From Octopus bimaculoides (Eukaryota), in assembly GCF_001194135.2 (NCBI RefSeq), contig NC_068993.1, positions 8,913,028 to 8,950,010 on the forward strand: a stretch of 36,983 bases of DNA. Reading direction: 5' to 3'. Shown here in pieces: positions 1-12,329 of the stretch. Position 1 is the stretch's first letter, and each line of letters starts with the position of its first letter. A program made the translations under genes and the position numbers. The notes beneath the pieces were generated by a model that was given only the letters and a program-made list of their open reading frames with translations, had not been told where the DNA came from and did not search any database.

Positions 1-188
1 TATATTATATACATATATTACGTATATACATATATATATATAATAAACTTTTCAATATTGATATTGTGTGTGCGTGTCTGTGTCTGTGTGTGTATATGTA
101 TGTGTAAGTATGTATATATGTATAAAATATAACTAAACATAGAAATATTAATACATTTTTACATGTTTGCGCATGTATATATATATGC

Positions 189-219
<31 letters not shown>

Positions 220-782
220 TTTGTGCATGTTCCTGTATGTATATGTGACTCTGTATATACGTATTTATTAACATGCACATACACGTAATATAATAAACAT
301 AAAGACACATACATATGTATGTAAACCTACATATATATGTGTGTGTGTATACTCACACACGCATACGAAAACGCACACACGCACACACACATACACACAC
401 TCACAGAGACCTTGCTTTCTCCCTCTCTCTTACTCTCCAATTCTCTTTTTCTCTTTCTCTCTCTCTCCCCCTCTCCCTCTATCTCCATCTCTCTTTATCC
501 CTCTCAAACACACGCTCACAGTAACTATCCACACACTACTTGGTTATTTTATCTAATCACTTCCGGACTAATTTGATTATTAACAGGCGCCCTTCTATTC
601 CCAACCTCTCCCCCACCCCGCTCGGCACCGACCAACAAATTCCCAAATTCCTTGAAAGCTTTCAGTTCCTACGTCTCCATCTGTGAAATCTGTGCTTTGG
701 GAAATGGATAATCACCAGTAAGTTGAACACCAGCCACAACGCTCGTCTCATCAAATGGATAGATCATATTTTCATTGCTTGA

Positions 783-925
783 GTTGTTAACACGTCTGTC
801 TCGCAACTATGTGGTTCTGGGTTCGATCTCATGACGTTGGACTTTTCACATGCGTCTTTCTACCAGAGCTTCAGCACGACCAAAGTCTTGTGAATGAATT
901 CTGGTGAATGGAAATTGTACTAAAG
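783..925 (+). mobile_element. SINE family A, highly diverged 5' part
   Basis: gtggttctgggttcgatc...cgaccaaagtcttgtgaatgaatt...ggaaatt resembles the family A head. Confidence 0.6.
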
Positions 926-1118
926 GTTGTTGAATGTTAGGGTGTAAGTATATATACATGTATGTATACATATATACATACGAATACATATACACATACA
1001 AGAGTGTTAACGCTTACCGTATGCAACATTAGTGAGTTCAATTTTCTGTAGCTACTGTAATTGTTGGATATATAAACAGATTGGCTGCTATTTTGTCTGG
1101 GGTTGGTTAAATTGGTGT

Positions 1119-1173
1119 AGACTGCACTGACGAGAGTTCAATAAGTTTCGAAAACTGATTAAGTTTGGTAATC
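1119..1173 (+). ncRNA. Hammerhead-ribozyme-like motif (type I topology, degenerate)
   Basis: CTGACGA-G...C-GAAA core, 4-bp stem III, UUU triplet; stem I only partly paired. Confidence 0.35.
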
Positions 1174-1263
1174 ATTTCTTTTTTTTTTTTCAATCTACGG
1201 AGAAACAGCTGAATTAGTCCTGTTTATAAAGGTATTATACAGTTTGCATACATATATAGATAT

Positions 1264-1383
1264 AGGCGCAGGACTGGCTAAGTGGTAAGTAGCTTGCTTA
1301 CCAACTACATGGTTCCGGGTTCAGTCCCACTGCGTGGCACCTTCGGCAAAAGCCTTCTACTGCAGGCTCGGGCCAACCAAAGC
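1264..1383 (+). mobile_element. SINE family A, 5' part only
   Basis: Same head as 6049; runs directly into a 14-bp minisatellite. Confidence 0.85.
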
Positions 1384-1600
1384 GTGTCTGTATGTGCGCG
1401 TCTGTGCGCGCGTGTCTGTATGCACGTATCTGTGTACGCGTGTCTGTATGCGCGTGTCTGTGTGCGCGTCTGTGCGCGCGTGTCTGTGTGCGCGTGTCTG
1501 CGCATGTCTGCGTGTGTCTGCGCGTGTCTGTATGCTCGTGTCTGTGTGCGCGTGTCTGCGTGCGCGTATCTGTGTACGCGTGTCTGCGTGTGTCTGTGCC
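1384..1600. repeat. CpG-rich minisatellite, unit about 14 bp (gtgtctgtatgcgc)
   Basis: About 15 variant units, grading into (TG)n-rich DNA up to about 2170. Confidence 0.9.
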
Positions 1601-2974
1601 TCTATTGTATATGTGTGTGAATTTTTGTGTATGTTTCTGCGTGCGCGTCTCTGTGTGTATGTACACGCGCTTGCATGTGTGCTGTGTATGCATGTGTGTG
1701 TACGTGTATATCGATGTGTGAGGAATGTGTCAGTCTGTATGCGATTATGTTTCAGTGTGTGCATGTTTACATGTGAGTGTGTATGTGTTTGTGTATTTGT
1801 GCCTACATGTCTGCGTGTAGATGTGTGTGCGCGTGTGCATGTTCACGTGCTTGTGCATGCTTGCGTTTGAGTGAGTGAGCATGTATGTGTGTGTCTATGT
1901 GTATCTATGTGTGACTGTGTGTGTGTGTGTGTACACGTGTGTGTGTGCGTGTGCATGTCAACGTCATTGTGTGTGTGTGTGCATGTCTTCCCTGTGTATG
2001 AGCGTGCGTGTGCATGTGTCTATGTACATACGTGTAAGGGGTATATGTCTACGTGTATCTGGGTATGTGTGTCTTTGTGCGAGTGTGTGTGTGTGTGTGT
2101 CTATGTGTGTGTGTGTCTATGTGTGTGTGTGTGTCTTTGTGTGTGTGTGTGTGCGTGCGTGCGTGCGCGACCACTTCTAATAGCAAGACTTCTTATATGG
2201 TAGTCTTATTATATGTTATTGTTGCACACTGAAATTGCTTAAATTCTCCAAGGAAATTTCTTTTCAGATTTTTCATTTATTTTCCNNNNNNNNNNNNNNN
2301 NNNNNNNNNNNNNNNNNNNNNNNNNNNNNNNNNNNNNNNNNNNNNNNNNNNNNNNNNNNNNNNNNNNNNNNNNNNNNNNNNNNNNNNNNNNNNNNNNNNN
2401 NNNNNNNNNNNNNNNNNNNNNNNNNNNNNNNNNNNNNNNNNNNNNNNNNNNNNNNNNNNNNNNNNNNNNNNNNNNNNNNNNNNNNNNNNNNNNNNNNNNN
2501 NNNNNNNNNNNNNNNNNNNNNNNNNNNNNNNNNNNNNNNNNNNNNNNNNNNNNNNNNNNNNNNNNNNNNNNNNNNNNNNNNNNNNNNNNNNNNNNNNNNN
2601 NNNNNNNNNNNNNNNNNNNNNNNNNNNNNAACAACAACAACAGCACCATCAACACCTCGAACACTATCACCAGTGCCACCAGCACCACCAACGCAATCAT
2701 CCTTACCATCACGACCGCAACGGCACCGCCACCAACACAACCCCCAGCACCACCTCCAACGTCATCCCCAGCACCACCACTATCAGCACCATCATCAGCC
2801 TCGCTACCACCACCCAACCTCATCACTACCCCTACAACCACCCCCACCACCCATTTACTAAAATATCGGTTAATTTTATTTAATCTCTTATCTAAATGTT
2901 TACCATTTTTTTTATTTTTCATTTTCCGTTCAAATCTCAAATACTAAAAATATATAAATGATATTTTTTTTTTA

Positions 2975-3200
2975 ATTGGCACAAAACCTGAAAAATGTAA
3001 GAAAGGGAAAACCTAGAAGATTATATCGACTCCCGCCTCATGCAAAGGTAATTATTTGGTTCTTATTTTCTTTCTTTTAATCGACTGAGAAAGTACGAAA
3101 TTCAAAGCAAACCAACGCGTGGTTTGAACTCAGAAGATAAATGACCGTAGCTAAATAGCGTAAGGTATTTTGACCGACACTCTATCGAATCTGCCAATTT
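2975..3200 (-). mobile_element. SINE family B, diverged
   Basis: ggcacaaaacctgaaa...atcgac...tttgaactcagaa...ctgccaatt follows the family B order. Confidence 0.65.
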
Positions 3201-3254
3201 TCTATAATATCGTTTTCTAAGATTGGAAGAAGGCTAGAAATGTATAAAGAGGCA

Positions 3255-3682
3255 GAGTTGATGGGGAAACTCGTAGGGTTGATTTTAAAAAAGTATAGAT
3301 CAGGAAAAGGTATTATGTTTGACGGGAAATTGGTATAGATGATGCGAAGCCGGTAGAGTTGATGGGAAAACTGTTGGAACTGACGGACGCCTGGTATAGC
3401 TGATGGGAAATGGGTATAGTCGATGGAAAACTGGTTTAGTTGATGGGAAACTGGTATAGTTGATGAGAAACTGGTATTGTTGATGAGGAACTGGTATAGT
3501 TGATGAGAAACTGGTATTGTTGATGAGGAACTGGTATAGTTGATGAGAAACTGGTATTGTTGATGAGGAACTGGTATAGGTAATGGGAATTTGGAATTGT
3601 TAATTTTGAATTATTATATAATTCATAAAAAAGACTTGTATAGTCGATGAAAAACTGGTATAGTTTGACGGGTAACTGGTAC
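3255..3682. repeat. 20-bp minisatellite (agttgatgrgaaactggtat) with a homogeneous 40-bp dimer core
   Basis: Degenerate outer units; three identical 40-mers at about 3459-3579. Confidence 0.92.
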
Positions 3683-4014
3683 ATAAATCTATAATTGACA
3701 AATCCTGCCTTGTCACACTGGTGTTAAAGGTACGCGTGTCTGCAGAACGTTCAGCGTCTTAATGCACTAACTTAATGAGAAAGTAGTTCACCAGATCGAA
3801 CAGCTGAGTATTCATCGTCGAAGCCGACGTGGATCCATTACATTTAGACAAACCCAGGGGGTTACAACGCTGAAAAATTACTGAAATTACGAATAATTTA
3901 CCAATGTTGTCCAGGTATGTTTTGTCCAAGGATTAAATGCCAAGCTCATGTCTAGAATACCATGATCATAGGTTCCACAACCAGGGTCGGCCTGGGGTGA
4001 AACAAACATCAACT

Positions 4015-4178
4015 AGGTGCAGGAGTGGCTGCGTGGTATGTAGCTTGCTTACCAACCACATGGTTCCGGGTTCATTCCTACTGCGTGGCACCTTCGGCAA
4101 GTGTCTTCTACTATAGCCTCGGACCGACCAAAGTCTTGTGAGTGGATTTGGTAGGCGAAAACTGAAAGAAGACCGTCG

Positions 4179-4228
<50 letters not shown>

Positions 4229-4430
4229 TCCCCCCAACATCGCTTGACAATCGATGCTGGTGTATTTACGTCCCCGTAACCTAGCGGTTTGGCAAAAGGA
4301 GACCGATAGAATAAGTACTAGGCTTCCACAGAATAAGTCCTGGGGTCGATTTGCTCGACTAAAGGCGGTGCTCCAGCATGGCCGCAGTCAAAAGACTGAA
4401 ACAAGTAAAAGAGTAAAAGAGTAGAGAGTA
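4015..4430 (+). mobile_element. tRNA-derived SINE family A, full length
   Basis: A-box-like tggctgcgtggta, B-box-like gggttcattcc, CORE-like caccttcggcaagtgtctt, internal (TA)(TG)n and a (gagtaaaa)n tail; many copies in the window. Confidence 0.9.
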
Positions 4431-5124
4431 ACTAAATGAGACGCTACTTTAAACTGATATAGATTGTAAACGTGCAAACGAAAGGTAGCAAAACTATGGT
4501 AGCATTAAACACTCAACACTAAACAAACATGAGGTACTCGATTTGCTGTCCGATGCAGCCTAAACATATAGAAAAACAGAGATGCATAATACAATGTGAT
4601 ACGATATGATACGGTTTGATACAGGATAATATATGCTTGTAAGATAACGTCGAGCAAAGCCAACGTCAAACAAAACATGAAAAGCTTAAGAATTTCATAA
4701 ATCAACAACGAGCGGTCGTTCACATAAGTTAGTTGCTTAAGAAGTAATGCAACAGGCAACAAGCAGGCAAAATTGAACGTGACGTTTCCCACATAGGAAA
4801 TATATATAAAGACTGAAATCAGTTTACAAACTGAACTTGCTGAAACGAAGCTTATTCAACAATAAGGCTTTTTTTTTATATAAATATCGCAAAGTAAATA
4901 TATTGTAAATAGTGTTCTGCTATGTTAAAAGATACATTACAAATTAGTCCGCGCGCACCAAGTTTATGACATGCTGCTGTAAACATAAGATGAAATTAAA
5001 GACTAAATATACACCACACCATCAACATACACATGTTTATATGAGCTCAAATATACGTGTAATGCATAATGTGCGTAGGTGTATATATGTATGCATTTAT
5101 GTAAGTGCGTAAGTATATCTTTTT

Positions 5125-5516
5125 TACTTTTAACTTCTACTTTCTACTTGTTTCACTCATTTGACTGTGGCCATGCCACAGCAACAGCTTGAAGGGTTTA
5201 GCCGAACAAATCGACTCTAGTACTTGTTTTTCCTTTTTTATTTTTTAGCAAATTACGAATTCATTCTATCGTCCCTATTGCCGAACCGCTAATTTATGGA
5301 GACAGAAACAAACCAACGCCGGTTATCAAGCTGGTGTGTGGGGGACAAACCGAAAGACACGCACACCTATGTGTAAATATACGAGAGACTTCCACACAGT
5401 TTCCGTCTACCAAATTCACGAGACTTTAGTAGAATACACTTGCCCCCAGGTGCTGCGCAACGGGACTGAACCCAAAAGCAGGTGGTTGCAAAGCGAACTT
5501 CTTAACCACATAACTA
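5125..5516 (-). mobile_element. SINE family A, diverged, reverse orientation
   Basis: Reverse complement aligns to 4015-4430 along its length. Confidence 0.8.
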
Positions 5517-5530
5517 TACATACATTTACA

Positions 5531-5568
<38 letters not shown>

Positions 5569-6048
5569 CATACATACATACATACATACATACATACATA
5601 CATACATACATACATACATGCATACATGCATGCATACATTCATACATGGGAACGTGTTCAGAGCTTAAGAAGTTCGCTGTTCAAAATCTGGGTTTTATTT
5701 CATTACATTGTACCTTGGGCAAGTATTTTCTACCACAACTTTGATGTCTTGTTACCCGCTTAAAATTTGGTGAGCCGTACTTCCTGTGACCTTTCTCTTT
5801 TATTTCCCCTCCCTCTCTCTCTCTCTCTCGCTCTCCCCTTTTCTCTCCCCTCTCTCTCTCTCTCTCTTTCTCTCTCTCCTCTATGAGGGCAACGTCCTAA
5901 AGTTTCGTTCTTAGAGTTCTTTGACCCAATCGTGTGAATCTTTTAGAATGATTTTCTCCAACGCTAGTTGTCAAGCGATGGATGTGACGAATACAAAAAC
6001 ACGCACACATCAGCTCACACATGTATATATATACATATATATATATAT

Positions 6049-6478
6049 AAGGCGCAGGAGTGGCTGTGCGGTAAGTAGCTTGCTTTCCAACCACATGGTT
6101 CCGGGTTCAGTAACACTGCGTGGCACCTTAGCCAAGTGTCTTCTGTCTTCTACCATACCCTCGGGTCGACCAAAGCCTTGAGAATGGATATGGTAGACGG
6201 AAACCAAAAGAAGCCTGTCGTATATATGTATATATGTATGCGTGCGTATATGTTTGTGTGTCTGTGTTTGTCTCCCCCCCCCACACACACACACACAACA
6301 TCGCTTGATAACCGATGCTGGTGTGTTTACGTCCCCGTAACATAGCGGTTCGGCAAAAAGAGACCGATAGAATAAGTACTAGGCTTACAAAGAATAAGTC
6401 CTGGGTCGATTTTGCTCGACTAAATGCGGTGTTCCAGCATGGCCGCAGTCAAATGACTGAAACAAGTAAAAGAATAAA
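6049..6478 (+). mobile_element. SINE family A, full length
   Basis: Colinear with 4015-4430. Confidence 0.9.
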
Positions 6479-6486
6479 CGAATACC

Positions 6487-6525
<39 letters not shown>

Positions 6526-6949
6526 AAAGAGGGCGTGTGTTTCCGTAAATGTATATATATATATATATATATCTTTGTAGAATCATTACCCCTATATATA
6601 CACACAAGTCTGTTCTCTCAACACACTATTCGCCCATCCGTTCCACTCTAATCTTTCATTCTATACTCCAATCAAATTTCCTGACAACAGTTACGCACAC
6701 CCACACTCAACATACATACATTCACACATATATATATATAGTATATGTGTGTATGTGTATGCATAGTATATGTTTGTGTATTTATATATAAATGTGTGTA
6801 AGCATACACATAGAGTATATATGTACATACTACCTCTCTAGCTACCACATTTTTACAGCTGTACTTTTCTATCCTTTAATCTATACCTGTCTACCCCACC
6901 GCTCAAATCTATTTTCCCTTCCATCTATCTCACACACCTACTTCATCTA

Positions 6950-7030
6950 CACACACCTATACACACCTATGCCCACACACCTATACACACCTATGCCCAC
7001 ACACCTATACACACCTATGTCCACACACAT
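6950..7030. repeat. 24-bp tandem repeat x3 (cacacacctatacacacctatgcc)
   Basis: Read directly from the sequence. Confidence 0.9.
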
Positions 7031-8575
7031 ACACACATGCACAGAAACACTCAACACACACAGACGTATATATGGCTCATAGATGTCTTCTTTCACACAA
7101 GACACACACACACACACATGCACACACACACGTACTTACCAACGTTAGCACCAACCTGCAAAGTAAGTTTTCTATTGTACCTTCGTCTTGGCATGTTCTT
7201 TCCTTTTACTAAGGTGTATATAGTACTCTGCTAGGAATCCAGAAAAGATCATATGCAGAAATACCTCCAACACACCTNNNNNNNNNNNNNNNNNNNNNNN
7301 NNNNNNNNNNNNNNNNNNNNNNNNNNNNNNNNNNNNNNNNNNNNNNNNNNNNNNNNNNNNNNNNNNNNNNNNNNNNNNNNNNNNNNNNNNNNNNNNNNNN
7401 NNNNNNNNNNNNNNNNNNNNNNNNNNNNNNNNNNNNNNNNNNNNNNNNNNNNNNNNNNNNNNNNNNNNNNNNNNNNNNNNNNNNNNNNNNNNNNNNNNNN
7501 NNNNNNNNNNNNNNNNNNNNNNNNNNNNNNNNNNNNNNNNNNNNNNNNNNNNNNNNNNNNNNNNNNNNNNNNNNNNNNNNNNNNNCGTTTTACTTGGTTT
7601 TAGGTAAATTTTCCGTCAAACAAAAAAAAAAACAAAAAAAAGAAGTTCTATCTGGAATACTTTGTTGTTGTTGTTGTTGTTAGTGCTGATAGTAACGGTA
7701 ATGGTAGTATTGGTATTGATTCGGATTGTGATGACGATGATGATGACGATGGTGATGAATACGATGACAACGACGACGACGACGATGGTGATGACGATGA
7801 CAAAATGCAAGAAAAGGAGCCGAAGAAGAATAATGAGGATGATGCTGATAGAAATGATGAGGGTGATGGTGCTGTTCTGATTGTTGTTGTCATTGTTGTT
7901 GAGCAGAGAGTTTGTAGAGGTTATACGAACGACGATGGTCGGAAAGGGATGCTGGGGTTCAACGAAGACATTCTGGTTTGTCACTTCTGGAGAATTTTTC
8001 AAGTCGAGAATTACAGACAATTTTCAAAACTCGTACATGCTCGTGCCTGCATAAATGGCAAAGTTTTCTGAGTGGCGTGGAAAAATTTAATTTTTCTCTT
8101 TTTAAGTTCATAGTTAATTGTCAGAGGGAAATAACTGGTAAATAAACTTAAAGGTATTTGATAACTAGACCTGAAATTCTAAAGCCTTATAAAAATGCTA
8201 GCAATAGTCGTGGCTTCTATGTCGCAGAGAAAATGTAGCTGCTGAGAAATTCGCTGTAGCATAGGATATATCTAAATGCCAAAATCCGAGACATTCAATA
8301 AATGTAAACACGTAGATAAGTTCATATTATGTAGATGGACACAATCACTCTGAAACCTTGAATGAGACAGAGTGTTCGTACACACCCGAGATTTTTATGT
8401 GAATAGATGCACACGCTTGGGTATATGCATCGCCAGTTCAAACAAAATTCCAGCTCGACCACATATTTACACATATCAGGAACTCAAGTCAAAAAGCCTT
8501 GTCACTTTTTTAGCGGCCGGCTTGACCTCTCTCAAGAAGAACTTAAACAAACTCGAAGAAAAATCATAAATACAT

Positions 8576-8608
<33 letters not shown>

Positions 8609-9285
8609 CAGATATATATATATATATAAATATACATACATACATTCATACGTACATAGCCTGTTTGTTGTGTGTATGTATACGTGTGTCATTTGTATGT
8701 GTTTATGAACGAATACTTTGCGCGCGCGTATGTATGTAAGTATGTATGTGTGTGCGTGTGTACATATGAGAAAATGAGGACGAGGAGGAGAGAAAAGATG
8801 GTAAAGAAATAGGGAATGAGAGAGGAGAAGGAGGGAGAAAGAGAGCTAGCGAAAAATATTCAGTTGCGTGAGCACGTGTCCGTAGGCAAGTGTGTTTTTT
8901 GTCGGTATATATGTGTGTGTGGGCGCACATGCATGTGTATACGTATATGTGCATGTGGGTGTTAAAAAGCAAAGCGATGGACGACAGTCGTTTAGTGTCT
9001 GCCTGAGCACGTGTATATCTTGTTCCTCTCTATCTATCTATTTCTATCTCTCTCTTTCCTTTTCTCTCAACTGTCTTGTATAGGTATGCGCATAAATGTG
9101 TCTGTGTGTGTGCATGTGTGTATCTGTGTGTGTATATACGCATATACCTTGTGTGTTAACAAGGCTACCAATGGTTTCATATAGAGAAAAACATGAAACC
9201 TCTGGTAGCCTTCTTAACCTACAAATAAAGAATATTTATCCACCAAACGCAATTTGAGCACTCGTTCTCACTGTGCGATATTAGC

Positions 9286-9323
<38 letters not shown>

Positions 9324-10323
9324 NNNNNNNNNNNNNNNNNNNNNNNNNNNNNNNNNNNNNNNNNNNNNNNNNNNNNNNNNNNNNNNNNNNNNNNNNNNNN
9401 NNNNNNNNNNNNNNNNNNNNNNNNNNNNNNNNNNNNNNNNNNNNNNNNNNNNNNNNNNNNNNNNNNNNNNNNNNNNNNNNNNNNNNNNNNNNNNNNNNNN
9501 NNNNNNNNNNNNNNNNNNNNNNNNNNNNNNNNNNNNNNNNNNNNNNNNNNNNNNNNNNNNNNNNNNNNNNNNNNNNNNNNNNNNNNNNNNNNNNNNNNNN
9601 NNNNNNNNNNNNNNNNNNNNNNNNNNNNNNNNNNNNNNNNNNNNNNNNNNNNNNNNNNNNNNNNNNNNNNNNNNNNNNNNNNNNNNNNNNNNNNNNNNNN
9701 NNNNNNNNNNNNNNNNNNNNNNNNNNNNNNNNNNNNNNNNNNNNNNNNNNNNNNNNNNNNNNNNNNNNNNNNNNNNNNNNNNNNNNNNNNNNNNNNNNNN
9801 NNNNNNNNNNNNNNNNNNNNNNNNNNNNNNNNNNNNNNNNNNNNNNNNNNNNNNNNNNNNNNNNNNNNNNNNNNNNNNNNNNNNNNNNNNNNNNNNNNNN
9901 NNNNNNNNNNNNNNNNNNNNNNNNNNNNNNNNNNNNNNNNNNNNNNNNNNNNNNNNNNNNNNNNNNNNNNNNNNNNNNNNNNNNNNNNNNNNNNNNNNNN
10001 NNNNNNNNNNNNNNNNNNNNNNNNNNNNNNNNNNNNNNNNNNNNNNNNNNNNNNNNNNNNNNNNNNNNNNNNNNNNNNNNNNNNNNNNNNNNNNNNNNNN
10101 NNNNNNNNNNNNNNNNNNNNNNNNNNNNNNNNNNNNNNNNNNNNNNNNNNNNNNNNNNNNNNNNNNNNNNNNNNNNNNNNNNNNNNNNNNNNNNNNNNNN
10201 NNNNNNNNNNNNNNNNNNNNNNNNNNNNNNNNNNNNNNNNNNNNNNNNNNNNNNNNNNNNNNNNNNNNNNNNNNNNNNNNNNNNNNNNNNNNNNNNNNNN
10301 NNNNNNNNNNNNNNNNNNNNNNN
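9324..10323. other. Assembly gap (largest of eight; others 2286-2629, 7278-7585, 12397-13181, 14545-15444, 18050-18357, 19203-19943, 28868-29494)
   Basis: Runs of N, mostly flanked by (AT)n, (GATA)n or (CT)n. Confidence 1.
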
Positions 10324-10599
10324 ATATATATATATATATATATACATATATACACACACACATATGTATATAATGTATGTAATATATACATATATACGTG
10401 TGTGGTTGTGTGTGCGTGTGTGTGCGTGTGTTACCCCTTCCAACCCATATACTTCAAAATTTACATGCTCCTCGCCACAAACTTCTCCCACCAACCCACC
10501 TTTATTCCACTCACATAAAAAAACTCCTCATTCTTTCGCGTCTTCATTCCAACCAAGTTCTTCAACACTTGCTAACAGACTTTACCGAAATTCCTGACC

Positions 10600-11035
10600 T
10601 ACTGTCATCACCACCACCACCACCACCACCGCCACCAACAACATCATTTTCATTATCTGCATCGCCTCCACCATCTCTCCCATCATCAACATCACTATCA
10701 TCACAACCATCACCACCACCACCACCACAACCTGCGCTGCTACCGCTAACCCTACCGTCACCGCCAATGCCACCACTACACCACACAACCATCAACACCA
10801 CACAACCATCAACACCATCACCACTATCTCCTCCATTATCCCCATCACCACCATCACCACCATCACTGCCACCGCCACCACCGCAGCCACCAACACAGCC
10901 ACTACCACCACCACCACTACCACCTCAGCCACCACCACCACAACCACCACAACCACCACCACAACCACCACCTCCAGTGCAACAGTCACTGCTGCATTTG
11001 TCTACCATTCCCTCTTCTGTATGAACAACAATAAA

Positions 11036-11068
<33 letters not shown>

Positions 11069-11085
11069 CATTACTGCTGCTGCTA

Positions 11086-11122
<37 letters not shown>

Positions 11123-11785
11123 CGCTGCTGCCACTGCTGCGAAAGCTCTTGTTTTACTTCAACCATCGACATTATCCCGCCACCACCAAATATTGTTATT
11201 ACTAGCGTTGCCACCACAGCCATCGTCATCGTCATCATCATCATCATCGTCATCATCATCATCATCATCGTCGTCATCATCATCATCGTCGTCGTCGTCG
11301 TCGTCGTTATCACCATTACCACAGCCACCAGAACTATCTCCTCCCCTCACTACCTCCCACTACCTCCCATGGCTACCAACATCAATAACAACTGCTGCCA
11401 TCGTCATGACTACTGCTACTACTACCAGTACTATTATCAGCACTGTTATCATCACTAGCATCACAACCACCACCCCCACCACCACCACCACCACCTTCAC
11501 TACCAACACCACCATCATCACCATCGCTACCTCAACCACCATAACATCACCATCAGCATCATCACCATCACCACCAGAACTACTACCACTACCACCATCA
11601 TCACCATCAACACCATCACCACTGCCACTCTCATCACCATCATCACCACTTCCACCACCACCACCACCATCATTACTACCACTACCACCATTACTCCTAA
11701 TTACCATTATCACCTCCACCACCATTGTCATTACCACCATCACCGCCATCACCACAATCACCACCACCACCATTCGTCTTTCGTC
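10600..11785. repeat. 1.2-kb mosaic of trinucleotide repeats (CAC/CAT/CTA/CTG/CGT)
   Basis: Read directly; similar tracts at 2630-2860, 7660-7900 and 24775-25167. Confidence 0.95.
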
Positions 11786-12133
11786 TTCTGGGGTCGATAA
11801 ATACGGTACCATCAACCTAGAGCTGTGGAGTGGCAGTAACGTTTAGACGTCAGATAGAAACTCTTTGTAGAAACTATTTAGCGTTTTGAGTTCAAATCCT
11901 GCTGTGGATTATCCAGGTAGAAGATTTAAGACGTCGCCCGGTTTAACACTAACACCTGATATTCTTGGTGTTTTTAGCGATCGGAGTTCACTCTGGAGTA
12001 ATCATTTGGGTCAGGCCCCATCTTTCTCTCCTTTCATCCTTTCTCCCACTTCCTTCCTATCAAACTCATGGGGTCGGAGGCACTGCAACGGGTCATGGCC
12101 AGTACTTTTCCATTCAGTGTGAGAGATTTAAAA

Positions 12134-12329
12134 CATTTAAAAACACACAAAACTTTAACATTTAAACTTAATTTGTCAAAATATTTTCGTCGCTTTGAAA
12201 CCGCGACCTGTCCACTGACGAAATTGATGCAACACGGTGTTTTGTCAGTGAAGAGATCGCAGTTTCAAAGCGACGAAAATATTTTGACAAATTAAATTTA
12301 AATGTTGAAGTTTTGTGTGTTTTTAAATG
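12134..12329. repeat. Near-perfect palindrome (fold-back element)
   Basis: 89-bp arms at 12134-12222 and 12241-12329 differ at 7 positions; 18-nt spacer. Confidence 0.95.

Noticed and set aside
3255-3682. Regular repeats as a CRISPR array
   Set aside because: Eukaryotic context, contiguous units with no unique spacers, no cas genes.
4015-4090. tRNA-like A/B boxes (also in SINE B and C heads) as tRNA genes
   Set aside because: No complete cloverleaf, and each continues into SINE body sequence.
9219-10597. Long ORFs of 250-450 aa in the track (also 12168-13339, 14314-15501, 19101-20028, 28688-29799)
   Set aside because: They consist almost entirely of N-gap X residues plus microsatellite translation.
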